Positions 40,138-53,037 of a stretch of 64,000 bases of DNA are shown one piece after another. Source of the stretch: Tubiluchus corallicola (lineage: Eukaryota > Animalia > Priapulida); NCBI GenBank assembly GCA_030141605.1, contig JAQGDQ010000512.1:94929-158928 (forward strand). The letters are read 5' to 3'. Made by a program: the position numbers and the translations under genes. The notes below the pieces were generated by a model. It was not told where the DNA came from, ran no database searches, and was given only the letters and a program-made list of their open reading frames with translations. How positions within the stretch are numbered: the first letter of the stretch is position 1; the number at the start of each line of letters is the position of its first letter.

Positions 40138-40718
40138 TAGGGTTACCATACGTCTGGGTTTTCCCGGACACGTCCTCTTTTTGGGCCTGCGTCCGGGCGG
40201 GTTTTCAAAAAATCAGCAGTTTGTCCGGGTTTTGCCTCAATCCGTAAGTATGTACGGACGTTGCCAACTGCAGAGGCATACAACAGTACGAGACAAAGAA
40301 AAGCTCGTTAATTTTTAATACAAGATGTTGCTAACATCTCAAAATGCAACCCTTGTAAAAGCTTTGTGTACATATTTACTGAACAAAAGTAAGCGATGCT
40401 GACATCACTATGGGTCACACGACTCACACCGCTGTCGATACTCGGCGTATTCGCTAACGACTTAAAATGACGTCAGCTTCCGGGAGCCATTTTGTTTGTT
40501 TTTATGTGAATTTCTTTAAATTTGTATAGTTTCGCTGTTCTGCAGTTTTGAGCAACTGGTAAAAATTAATTAGAAAGTAGCAATGCCGAAACGACAGTGT
40601 GCATTTACAGATGAAATGAAGGCCAAGTACCCGTGATTTCGCGCAGGTCGATATTACTGGGAAGCCGAATGCTCGACATGTGGTCCTCTTTTTCAACTCA
40701 GACAATATGGTAACCCTA
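40138..40718 (+). mobile_element. hAT deletion derivative (family B)
   Basis: TIR TAGGGTTACCATA, degenerate TSD TCTCTAAC/TCTCCACC, and a transposase-like remnant [29 protein letters not shown]. Confidence 0.88.
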
Positions 40719-42177
40719 TCTCCACCGTATACATCATGTGTCAACTGAATATCTGAACTTAGAGGTACACTACCCGCTTTTGTGCTGTTGACGTGTTTCT
40801 GAGGTGCAGGAGCTATTACCCATGTAACTAGTGAAAATGAATTTCTTTAAGCCTTGCATAGTCTTCAAACCTGAGCATAAAGTTGTTAGTACTAATCAAA
40901 TATTTAAATTTGTTTCCAAATGCAGTACATATGTGCCTCAGTACAACTTACAGGGCTCATTGCATAGGTATATATAAAATTAATATGTATAAATCAATAT
41001 GATGATATATAAATATAAATGATAATAAATACATACAGGCATAATACTCAGGTCCATAATAAAGTGCATTTATAGTACAATATAAAAAAAGTCGGGATAG
41101 TGGGAAGTTTGACTCGGGCTATTGTTCAAGGGACTCCCTGAAGTCGCGGTCGTGGGTTAGTAAATGACGTGAATGCCACCATCTTGAATATAAGATGGCA
41201 AATGGAAATCCGGCTCGATGGAGAATTCCTGCTAGTGTATTCATGATGTTTTGTAGCAAATTGGTCAGATTTGTGAGATTTCAGATTTCAGTACTGGTTA
41301 TAAAGGGACATAGTAACGTCTCTGTTCAAGCAACCATCTGTCCATAATCCTATTATTGACCTTGTGGAAAGCTTCATACCACACTGTCCGACCCAAAATT
41401 TTCAATTTTTCAAACCAAACTGTCTGACGTGTACTTCTATTCTATTTTCTACGTGTACTTCACGGCAGAAGAACACTACTTATTTTGAGGTTCCTAGGTC
41501 AAAGGTCATCAGATACGCATCAATGTCACTGGACACAAGCCTCGAAAAAAACTTTTGAATGGATTTTAACCCCAAATAACTGACCCAAAGCTTTTATCTT
41601 TTGCATATATAGGCCACTGTTTTGGATATAAGCACGTGGTGCCTCCTTGTGTTTGTTTCTTGCAAATTTGGGCTGTTGATAGACAGGTGAGCTAGGATAG
41701 GAAATGGGCCATTGGCCTCATTTTGCAGACAGGATAGGAAAGAAGTCATTCTTGTTCGGTACGTCGTGTCATTTTATCACAAAATTTTGTCAGTCGAGTT
41801 CTCTTTAGCAAGTTAATAAGATGCGGCAAAGATGTAAGTTTGATTTCTTCATATTTCATCATATTATTGTACATTTTCATTAAAGCAGTTAATTATCTTT
41901 TTGACATTTGTTTTGCAGAAAATGTTTTTATTTACTTCAGATAAAACGATGTCGAGTCGCACATAATATGTCAGTCAGTCAAATATGTCATGATATGATA
42001 GTGATTTCGGGATGAGACGATGATTGCCCATTTTGGACAATAAAAAATCATAAATTACATCTAAAAGACTGTTGGACTTGTATTTAGCGCATGCCGCGCA
42101 CAGCCACTCAGCTATAGAGTAAGCACCCTGTGAAGTTTGGGTTGCACGATGAAAAGTCAAGTTCACAGAGCAAATAC

Positions 42178-42524
42178 TGGGGGTGAGCATTCTCTACCAG
42201 AAAGCGAATTCGAATCGAACCGAATTTGTGACTTTCGAATTCGAATCGAACCGAATTTCGGTGTTTCGAATTCGAACCGAATTTGAATTGAGATCGAACG
42301 ATTTTCGAACCGCCAGCAAAAATGAGTCTTTCAAAGATCATGCATATTACTCGATTTTGTTCTGCAATAAAACGACTAGTAATTTCTTTAAAATTGTGTG
42401 CAGAAATCACAGCTAAATTATGCTAGTTGCATGATGTTTCGATCGTTTTAGTGATAAAGAACATGTGTGACTGAAGTGCTGAATTATTCGAATCTATAGT
42501 TCAAACTGAAAAAGCTCACCCCTA
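42178..42524 (-). mobile_element. hAT MITE family A (internally deleted)
   Basis: 8-bp TSD GCAAATAC. Confidence 0.88.
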
Positions 42525-43968
42525 GCAAATACTCGAGCAAACTTGTGTAGTGTGGCCTCTAGCTGCTACACTTTGTTGTGAGGGTTGCCTCACTTTGCAG
42601 TCTTTCATGTACAGCTTCTAACGGGTTTTCACTATTGTTACAATTACTGAAAATTAAGCACATCTGTGAGCTCTATTGAGCTTTTTAGCGTGCTCAAAAA
42701 AACACATTTATATACAAAGCATTTTGAACTGTATAAGGTTGGTAGACCCCAAATTTGCCTTAATTTTTTGCTAATTTACTTTTGATACTCAAAAAAAACA
42801 AAATTTTTGGGCATAATTTACATTTTTATACAGAGCATTTTGAATTGTATAAGTTCGGTAGACCCCAAATTTGCCTTAATGTTTTGATAATTTACTTTTG
42901 ATACTCAAAAAAATAAAAATTTCTGGGCATAGTTTGCCCTCTTGACTGTCAGGGCCAAGATGATACCTGGGCTTTCTACTTTCCTCACCAATTTCTACAT
43001 TAAATGGCTGGCAGGCCTGCATTTGAGAATACTTTAGCAATTCAAAACGTCCTGTTTTAAATATAAACTGCAAATCTATTGACTTAAAAGCTACGGTTAC
43101 AGATAAAATCTATGTTGCAACTTTTCAGTTCATTTCCTATAGCTGTTAACTAGCTACAAAGTTCGCTTGTAGAAATTTTGGCCTAGTTTTACTGACTGAT
43201 GATTTACAACTGCCGTTTACGCTGTTTGCTTTTCTGTTGATCTGCTAGCATTTCTTAAACGCAAAAATAGTAGCCTCTAAACAGGTAAAACAAGTTACGT
43301 TTACGCATGTTATCCAAAGTTGTCGTAAATCTGTCGACACCGACCTTAATTTGATTTGATCACCGATCACGCGACCAGGCGCATACAATGAAACTTATTA
43401 AACACTTGTATCATTGATACGCGCGTGGATGTCATAGATATCAATTTATAATGCAGGCGCCTAATGGCAGTTTAACGGTTCATGGTAAAATGAAATAATT
43501 TTTCGCTTGATGGATCGACTCAGCACTTGAACAGGAAGTGATGCGAGTAATCGCTCATACCAGCACGTAAGCGAGAGATCTTATATTGGATAGCGTGACC
43601 GGGTCAAGTAGTGAGCTTTGAGCATACCAGATAGTATAGGAAATTGATTTTTTTTTTGTAATTTTAACTGCGCGGGAAGTGAGTCTAAAGTGACGACAGG
43701 AAAACATGTTTTTAAAATAAATATAATTTATAATTCTCTTTTGGTGAGCGCGTAGTATTGCTGATATTTTATGCTCTCGTGTGTGTCTGAAAATGCAGAA
43801 AGGTAAATAGTTTATTTGTATCGTTGTTTTTTGAATCAACTCACTGATGCTATGATAGTGTAGTTATTCAAGAAGTAATGCAAACAGATTAGAGCGTCGT
43901 AAAGAAACACTAATCTAATCTTACACATTTTCATTTTTTCGTGTAAGATTCTTATAATTATAGCCTAC

Positions 43969-44325
43969 ACGGAATGTGGGTAAAATGGCACAGGTAAAAG
44001 TAGCACGGGAAAAAGTGGCGCAGGAAAGAATGGCACAAATGAAAAAGTAACAGCATTCTAGTTTTATTATAGATATCAACTGCATCAAAATAATGTGCCA
44101 TTTTTTTCCTACTTTTCCATTTGTACCATTTTTTCTTGTGCCATTTTTCCTGTACCATCTTTTCTTGTGCCATTTTACCCGTGCTATTTTTGCCGTGCCA
44201 TTTTTCCTGTACCATCTTTTGTTGTGCCATTTGTCCATGCCATATTTTCCTGTGAGCTTCATTTTTACCTGTGCCGTATTTTCTTGTGCCTATTTTACCT
44301 ACTTTTCCATTTATGCCATTTTTCG
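43969..44325. repeat. Foldback-like element with short internally repeated motifs (AAAATGGCACA / TGTGCCATTTT)
   Basis: Inverted arrays of a 15-16 nt motif around a short spacer. Confidence 0.6.
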
Positions 44326-45205
44326 AAATTCAAACTAAACTGACTAGCAAACTTAAATCAAAGCAAAACGGTGCAAGAATATTAGAAACTGTAGGCACGT
44401 TTTACCAACTCCTGTGCACAAAGTCACGTGACCTGTTTCAATTTTATCCTGTTATGTTGTAAAGTTTACAAACTGGTCTTGCTACTTTTCCACGAAACAA
44501 GTTTGCAATATGACTTGTTTGTCAGCGTATTGATAGAATGATAAAGAAATTTGGCATACCATGGGTAAAAGGTTGTAAAAATAAAGCATATTTATACTTA
44601 CGTTCGCACAGAGCTTGCATTAGCAATAACCCTGTATAAAACTTGTAAATTTAAACTCCCGCATTCCTATGCCCGTTAGGTGCAGCCATGTTAGAATGTC
44701 AAAAGGTAAGGCGTTGGCGGTAAGTGTTGGTTATGTTGACGGTAAGTCGTTTGAAACAAGTCAAATAATTGTTTCAATGTAATCAAAGCCATCGTAGCGC
44801 AACTTTTGCTTACCAAGCAAAAGTTTAGATGACTTTATGTGATCGATAACACAATAAAATATTTTCTGGTGCAACTTAAAACTTATATTGTCGGTTGAAT
44901 ATATTTCAAATTTCCTCTACGAATAGAGTTGTTGAAATTTGTAACTCTTTGGCACAAGAAATGGTAGATTTCAAGTCTGTAAAAGCGTTTGATTCAAACT
45001 AAAAAAAATTAAAATGAACTATTGCAAATTTAGTGGGAACTGATAATTTTGAGGCGCCTGTAAGAGCTTTTAGCCTTCTCCATTCAACAATCTGTTAATA
45101 TATACACGTACCAGTTTGAAGACATGTGCAACTCAAAAAGAAAATTCTTGATAATATAAAATGTTTGTACAACGTGGGAAAACGTCACTGACTCAGCATT
45201 CTAGT

Positions 45206-45591
45206 CAGTGGCGGATTATGATTTTATGGGCCTTAGGCTTGAGCTTGGAACGGGCCTTTTAAATGTTGCTACACTGCCGAGCTGACGTGTTTTTGTGGAG
45301 GTCTCGTCGTTTGTAAGTTTGTTTAATTTTGTGAATTTTTGCCCACCGATTGTGATAAAAATTATATCTTCGTGATCCTTGAGTTGTGGACTAGGACTAT
45401 ATAAACACGATTACAGCTTGGTGAATTTCTGGGTTAGATGTCAACTAAAATAAGCCAATCAGAAACTCGGGTCCCTTGCTCTTTTGTCAATTCATTATTT
45501 TTTTTACAAAAAAAATTTTTTTCGTTTTATTTTGCTGGGCCCTTTTTGATCCCGGGCCTTAGGCTTCAGCCTATAGGGTTATCCGCTACAG
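45206..45591 (+). mobile_element. hAT MITE family C
   Basis: CAGTGGCGGAT...ATCCGCTACAG with 8-bp TSD ATTCTAGT. Confidence 0.88.
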
Positions 45592-45912
45592 ATTCTAGTG
45601 TATTATACTGTATTTATTCCTTCAACACAAAAATACAATTACAGTAAAAACTGCACAAAAACAAAATCGTAATTACGATAATATTTTGTACGCACACACA
45701 CACACACACATACACACACACACGCACACACGTGTATATATGTGTAATTGTATTTTCTTTTGCAGTTACATACGTCTTTCAAACTGGTAAGTGCAACCCT
45801 GGGTAACGTAATTTTGCATGGAAAGGTCCAGTCTACGTTGAAATTACCTTTGCATCTCCTTGAAGCACTAGTCACAAATGTTTTTCAATTTGTTATAGAA
45901 ACACTTGGAATA

Positions 45913-48608
45913 ATGACGTGGAACGTTCACGAATGGTACTACCGCGGAGAGGGCAGCACGAACATCGTCTTTGCACACAAGACTGACCACATCGTTCTGC
46001 GCTTGGCTAAATGCCCCGTTTCTGCCTATGATTGCATTTTTGCTCGCTCAACTAATCCGGCATCAAAACAGGAACCCTCGGAACCGCCTTCTGATGTCGC
46101 CAATATTAGTATCTGTGATGTTGGATTGAATAGCGAAGTCGCCATCGATAATTCTCTCTGTTGTTTATTCAATAATGATGAAAACCAGTTCGATTACGAA
46201 GTTACGAAAAATTTAGAAGATATCAAAACGTGTCTTTACTTTGCGAAACACGTCATGTGTCCAATTTTGGGTCCTCGGTATGTGGACGCTGGGAGGTTGG
46301 CCCGTGTTCCCAAACAGTTCGTCTGCCACATAGGTGAGCTTGCCAAGTCCGTTCGACCGAGCAGCAGACAACACAAAACGGTGGTTCCTGCGGATCAAAT
46401 TGGCGTGGTCATGCCGGACTTTTGCCACATTTCGCCCCAAAGTGTTGGAACTTCCATCTCTGGAGACCAGCTGTCGACTACGGTCTGTGTTGAAATCAAA
46501 CCCAAGCAGGGTTTCATTGAATCAAAATTTTTTGCGAAACAACAGTCAACCGCCTGCCGGTTCTGCATGTTCCAACACGTGAAACTGAAAAAAGGTGCAA
46601 TTTCCGCTCTGTCGTCTTACTGTCCTCTGGATTTCTTCTCCGGAAGCTACGGGCGAACGAAGCTCGCGCTGACTTCTTTGTTTGCGAATCCCCAAAACAA
46701 TCTGCGAATATTCGCTAACGGTAAAAAGGTTTTCGGATCATCGTCAAACCCCGATATAGAAAAATTTGAGTTTTTCCTGATGAAAACTCTATTCCCCGAG
46801 TCTACGGTGTCCCTTAAATCCAGTTCAAGTCCACTAGACAGACTGAGTGATTTAATAATCAAAGTGCTATGGTGCAGCTTTTTCACTTCCAACGCTGACT
46901 GTGATCAGATTGTAAGCATAGATCTCATAAATAAACAACCGTCCATGTTGCCTAAGGGCTGTGTGCTAGAAAGAATCCTCAAAGTTCAGAAACTAGGCGA
47001 TTTAGATTTTGCCGTGTTGCTGCAACAGTACGAATCGTTGAAACTACTTAACAGGTAAGTGAATTACTAGTTATTAAATAACCTCCTTGCACCATACTAA
47101 CGATTATTGATAACCTACATAACGCTCAGGTATGTAGTTAATTTTAAAGAAGTGATTGTGTTGTGCAGATCTGGAATATTCTATAGTATAGTAGAACAAT
47201 CTTGTAGAATTTTCCAGAACTTTCTATTTCTAGATTGTTTCTTTGCACTGATATACAGTCAACCCTCGTTAAACCGGACTAATTGGGGGGGGGGGGGGGT
47301 GTCCGGTTTAGCCGATTGTCCGATTTATCCGATATGCCTATATATGGTCTATATTTTACAGGAATAATCACCTTAATAAGGTCTACATACATTGCACTAT
47401 ATACTATACTGTATATTACTTTAAAATAGTTAACCTGTGAGGATAAAGAAATTATTGTACAGTTGGTAGGCCGTGTTGTGTTTAACGCTCCGGCTCGGAC
47501 GGAAATCGGTCAGTTTCCTTTACCACGGATGACGTCCGTCTTTTCCGATATCCGGGCTAACGGGGTCCGGTTTAACGAGGGTCGACTGTATAAGGCGGAG
47601 CTGGCCGCTGATGTTTATTCTCTCACATTTTCTTGTATCCCCTCGTATTCTCAGATGCGCTTTCACGTTTCCAGATTTTCACATTTACTGTAAACATTTC
47701 GCGTTCCTTCATACTTTTGTGTTGTATAATTGTCGCATAATAAAGTAGTTTAATTTGACGACGTGTTTTCTGGTTTTCTCTACGAGCCTTCCGAGAGAAA
47801 CAAAACACAACAGATTGTCTGCAAAGTGGTCATTGAACAGCGTACAGTCTTATCAAGACTGCTAGTGAACTATTTGTTTGAAATGGAATTTTCAACCTTG
47901 TTATAAAATAGGCAAAATACGTATAAAAAAAGTGTATTTCTTTAAACAAATTTCTCGTTCGACCAGAAAACCTAGTATTGTGACGGCAACTGCAGCCGTG
48001 TTCTCGATGGCAGTACACTAAACGGTTGAAGCTAAGACACGTTGCTCTGGTACACCTAACCTTTGACCTACAGCAGCAACTGTGCACACAACAAAACTAT
48101 GAAAATGCAACTTCTGTTAGAAAGTGTGTAATTTCTGTTTTCAAAAGTTCTTTTGTTCTTCAGAAATCCCTGCCATGTTTCGGGGGATTACAGATCACTG
48201 TGCTGGCAGTCACTGGTGCATTCTGGGATGTCTGATTCCACTGACCACTCGCGCATTCCGAAGGCATCCTGTTCGCCTTGCAGCCCGGAGACAACTTGTG
48301 ACAAATTGAAGCGATATCTTGTCGCCAAAACTGCGATGAACTGCCAGATCATGGTTTCCTTTCAACCCGTGAACGACTACAATAATCGATCGTCTCTCAA
48401 TAACCTTAGCGCAGAACATAAGGAGGGCAGTCGTGTCGTGAGAGATAACTGTGATAAACCATTTCACTTTTCCGTAAAAATCATAGATCTCGATCCAAAA
48501 GATTGTGATAAGATGGAGTATTATTGTAAGCAGGAAGCGGAAATGTTAACCGTTTATGCTGCTGCTTGCAAAAGTAAAGATTTTATAAGAAAGTACTGCA
48601 CCTCATAA
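45913..48608 (+). CDS. IPPK: Inositol-pentakisphosphate 2-kinase-like, copy 2; exons 45913-47054 and 48164-48608 (528 aa)
   Basis: Colinear paralogue of copy 1 with the same intron position and phase and an open frame. Motif variants are EGSTNIV, YCPLDFFSG and TAMNCQIMV. Confidence 0.9.
47159..47812 (+). mobile_element. Solo LTR (related to 27402-27762) with a nested MITE, in the IPPK copy 2 intron
   Basis: TGTTGTG...CACAACA with a perfect 5-bp TSD GATTG. Confidence 0.85.
47256..47588. mobile_element. Tc1/mariner-pogo-type MITE nested in the LTR
   Basis: TA|CAGTCAACCCTCGTTAAACCGGAC...GTCCGGTTTAACGAGGGTCGACTG|TA. Confidence 0.9.
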
Positions 48609-48862
48609 CTTGTTGATGCTTTTTAATGAATATTATTCACGTGGTAATATTATTTTGTTAATTTTTTTACCATTTGAGATCATTAATAAAATTTTTGATA
48701 ATCAATTGTATTTTGTAAGTTTATAAAGTGGTCTGTATAGGCGCTGCTAGAAACATTTAAAAACTGAAGAATTCGTGGGTGATAATCTTACAAAACAGCA
48801 TTACAACTTTGCCTGTTCACTGCTTCATAAATCGAGAGTCTAATAAACCAACAGCGTATCAA

Positions 48863-49584
48863 AACATTTCTTCGTTACTGTGCAGTGGCGCCATCTGTTG
48901 CCAGAAAACTAAAACTAAACGACAGGGTTTTCCAAAAACTTCTAATCGTAATCAGTGTGCTTCCTTATTGATTTATAAATTGTCAGCAGATCTGTTTGCT
49001 CGTCGTAACATTTCTTTGTCACTGTGCAGTGGCGCCATCTGTTGCCAGAAAACTAAAACTAAACGACAGGGTTTTCCAAAAACTTCTAATCGCAATCAGT
49101 GTGCTTCCTTATTGATTTATAAATTGTCGGCAGATCTGTTTGCTCGTCGTAACATTTCTTCGTCGCTGTGCAGTGGCGCCATCTGTTGCCAGAAAACTAA
49201 AACTACGTGATTGGGTTTTCCAAAAACTTCTAATCGCAATCAGTGTGCTTTTTTATTTATTTATAAATTGTCAGCAGATCTGTTTGCTCGTCGTAACATT
49301 TCTTCGTCGCTGTGCAGTGGCGTCATCTGTTGCCAGAAAACTAAAACTAAACGACAGGGTTTTCCAAAAACTTCTAATCGCAATCAGTGTCCTTTTTATT
49401 GATTTATAAATTGTCAGCAGATCTATTTGCTCGTCGTAACATTTCTTCGTCACTGTGCAGTGGCGCCATCTGTTGCCAGACTACTAAAACTAAACGACAG
49501 GGTTTTCCAAAAACTTCTAATCGCAATCAGTGTGCTTCCTTATTGATTTATAAATTGTCAGTAGATCTGTTTGCTCGTCGTAAC
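48863..49584. repeat. 144-bp tandem repeat x5
   Basis: AACATTTC recurs at 48863, 49007, 49151, 49295 and 49438. Confidence 0.95.
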
Positions 49585-50763
49585 TTTTATCCAGGGCAGC
49601 AGTAACTACCCTCTTCGCAAATTCTATCGTTGTCGAAATTTAAAGATATTAAAATGTCTGTTTCGATTACTGTAATTAAGCACAAACGTTGTCCATGCAG
49701 TTAAGACTTCATCACAAATAATCGTTCCAATAAATTCCCCCGGCGCCTCGCATAAAATTAATTAAGCATTATTATGCGAATTTTCGAAATTAAATTCTCT
49801 CGAAACGATGCATCAAATTTCATTTTTCTCCTCAACTCTCATTTGTAATTTTGGAGAAAGTTCGCGAACGCAATTTAATTCAGATTTCATGGCAGTTATT
49901 AATGAAATTATTCGAGTTTCGTATAAGTTATGAATGTGGGTAAGAACTGAGTTTAACTGTCCAAAAACCCGTGAACATATTCACAGTGAAACTTCAATTC
50001 TAAGTGTTGAATCGTTGCTTATAAATCCAGTTTTCCCCGGGCAGCTTTTCCATGGAATAATTGCAATTTAGCAGAAAACAAATTTCTTTGTAACAAGAGT
50101 TTCAGTTTTAAGAAAAAATTTTCTTATTTATTTTTTTTTTATTTATTTATTAAATATATCCACAACGATCATTACAGCATTGTACATAAAAGTATTTAAT
50201 AACATATTTATTATTATGTACACAAGATGCCACACAATGACCTGTGGGGTACTCAAGAAGTAATTACTTGTTTAGAGCACCCAAAATGAATGTGGACTGA
50301 GTGTAGTAGAAAAGAGCAGTAAAGGAGTAGAAAGAGAGGTTAATAGAGAATAGAAAGAAGGAGAAAGATGTGATGGTATCTGTATGAAGTAACGTGAACT
50401 ATAGAAATGTAAAAAAAGCCTCTCAAAGCGATGGATTCCGACAGGGACAGCAGCGTAATCAATCAAATTGATTTATTCTGTATAATTAGGAAAGATTTCA
50501 CTTTTAAGATTTCTTTTGAAGTTATTTATAGATATTTTTTATTCGTTGATGTTATTCCAAAGTCTAGGGTCAGTGTTAGCGATGAAGTGCCTTGCTACGT
50601 CACTCCTGCAATACTTAATACGAAATTCATTAAATCTTGTTGCGTAATGTCTCACGTTAATAGATAATGGGTTTAAAAAATGTTATCAGATACTTCCTGT
50701 GATTAGCTGGTTGGTTACAACTATTTTTGCGAACCATCCATCCATCCGTCTGGTGCCTAAATC

Positions 50764-51164
50764 CAGTGGCGGATTATGATTTTATGGGCATTAGGCTTGA
50801 GCTTGGAACGGGCCTTTTAAATGTTGCTACACTGCTGAGCTGACGTGTTTTTGTGGAGCTCTCGTCGTTTGTAAGTTTGTTTAATTTTGCGAGTTTTTCC
50901 CCACCGATTGTGATAAAAATTATATCTTCTTGATCCTTGAGTTGTGGACTAGGACTATATAAACACGATTACAGCTTGGTGAGTTTCTGGGTTAGATGTC
51001 AACTAAAATAAGCCAATCAAAAACTCTGAAACTCAGAAACTCGGGCCCCTTGCTCTTTTGTCAATTTATTATTTTTTTTACAAAAAAAATTTTTTCGTTT
51101 TATTTTGCCGGGCCCCTTTTGATCCCGGGCCTTAGGCTTCAGCCTATAGGGTTATCCGCTACAG
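50764..51164 (+). mobile_element. hAT MITE family C
   Basis: Copy of 45206-45591; 8-bp TSD CCTAAATC. Confidence 0.88.
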
Positions 51165-51485
51165 CCTAAATCCCTTTTATATCAGAGCGAGTAGCAATGT
51201 ATATTGTACTACTAGACTAATTTCTACTCAAAAACGCCTAAGGCGCACACATATGCTTGCTCCAATCCTACAACAACGCAACTCAAATTTTGGTTTATAA
51301 ATGTTATACCACCGTTACGCACAGCTAAATATATATTACTCTTTATCTTTTCAGCTTCAAAGTTATACATTCACAATGCTTCTTCTTTTGGCCATTATGT
51401 CCTCCAGTAGGCAGACGGCATAAATTTTTCCCTCTCCAAATAACAGCCATCTCAATCATTCTTCATCAGTTACTCCTTGCCAAGG

Positions 51486-51646
51486 GACATATACATAGAT
51501 ATAGACATAGACATAGACATAGACATAGACATAGACATAGACATAGACATAGACATAGACATAGACATAGACATAGACATAGACATAGACATAGACATAG
51601 ACATAGACATAGACATAGACATAGACATAGACATAGACATAGACAT
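51486..51646. repeat. (GACATA)n microsatellite
   Basis: Direct reading. Confidence 0.95.
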
Positions 51647-51948
51647 TTTTATTTATCTCCTCATTCACACCATGGTATACAAGGGACCTTGTTTCTCATT
51701 TGTGTGTAAAATTCACAACTTAATATTGTGTGTTCTGCAGTTTCAGTATCTTTACTACATTTACAAAGTCTTTTTTCTATGCGGTAATCTACTTTCCAAG
51801 CATACAAGGGATTTTCCAATACTTCTAACGACCTGTATTAATTAATATTTCCATCATTGTACAGTCATTTTTTACCTTACCTATACGGCTATACCCTGCC
51901 CTTGCTAGCAAGCAATTTGTATAGGCATAACGAATGTATTTGTCAGAA

Positions 51949-52757
51949 TGTTGTGGAGATCGCTGGCGTCCATTAGAATTACATGGAACATTTTAGAATG
52001 TTCCGTTAGAATGATCGTCTGGAATGTTACCGTGTGGAATGTTCTGGAACAAAACTTCTAGAAGCTTCTCGGGAGCGCTAAGGCGAAGCAGGCCGCTGAC
52101 AGACACACACAGATTCACACGGACGTACACTTACCCATTCTCTTGTATACTTGTATTTTCAGATACACTTAAACGTTTTCCAGATTTTCACGTTTACTGT
52201 AGGGGTGAGCATTCTCTACCGGAAAGCGAATTCGAATCGAACCGAATTTGTGACTTTCGAATTCGAACCGAACTTCAGTGTTTCGAATTCGAACCGAATT
52301 CGAATTGAGATCGAAAGATTTTCGAACAAGTTTTCGAACCACCAGCAAAAATTAGTCTTACAAAGATCATGCATATCACTCGACTTTGTTCTGCAATAAA
52401 ACGACCAGTTTAAAATTGTGTGCAGAAATTACAGCTAAATTATGTTAATTGCATGATGTTTCAATCGTTTTAGTGATAAAGAACATGTGTGATTGAAGTG
52501 CTGAATTATTCGAATCTCTAGTTTTGGATTCGAATCGAGTTCGAACTAAAAAAACTCGTTCGAATCGAATTCGAGCATTCGAATTCGATTCGAACGTTCG
52601 AACTTGAACGTTCGGTGCTCACCCCTAGTTTACTGTAAACATTTCGCGTTCCTTCATACTTTTGTGTTGTAGAATTCTCGCTTAATAAACTAGTTTAATT
52701 TGATGAAGTGTTTTCTGGTTTTCTCTACGAGCCTTCCGAGAGAAACAAAACACAACA
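51949..52757 (+). mobile_element. Solo LTR with a nested hAT MITE
   Basis: TGTTGTG...CACAACA with perfect TSD CAGAA; matches 27402-27762 once the MITE is removed. Confidence 0.9.
52200..52627 (-). mobile_element. hAT MITE family A nested in the LTR
   Basis: 8-bp TSD GTTTACTG; the empty site is visible in the LTR copy at ~27630. Confidence 0.93.
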
Positions 52758-53037
52758 CAGAAGGATAAACATAATGGTTTAAAAGACAGCATATATATAT
52801 ATAGGTTCTCCACACACAACGTAGATAAAACAATAAAATTTATTCCTGAACAGATAATACAATAGAAATCTGATCACACAACACCTGCACAAAGTTAGAG
52901 TTTTAACATGAATTTATGATAATCTGTATTTGTGTTGTGCAACAGTAAAAAGTAAACAGTAAATAATGCACAATCCACATGCAATGAAATCTGGGCTTTT
53001 CTCAACGTCATCTGTGTGTATATATATATATATATAT

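Noticed and set aside
45748-45912. N-terminal extension of IPPK copy 2 in the ORF track
   Set aside because: Starts at a non-ATG codon and crosses an acceptor-like site; homology with copy 1 begins at ATG 45913.
48779-49605. Repeated Cys-containing ORFs
   Set aside because: Product of a 144-bp unit divisible by three; broken by stops and an indel, with no gene structure.
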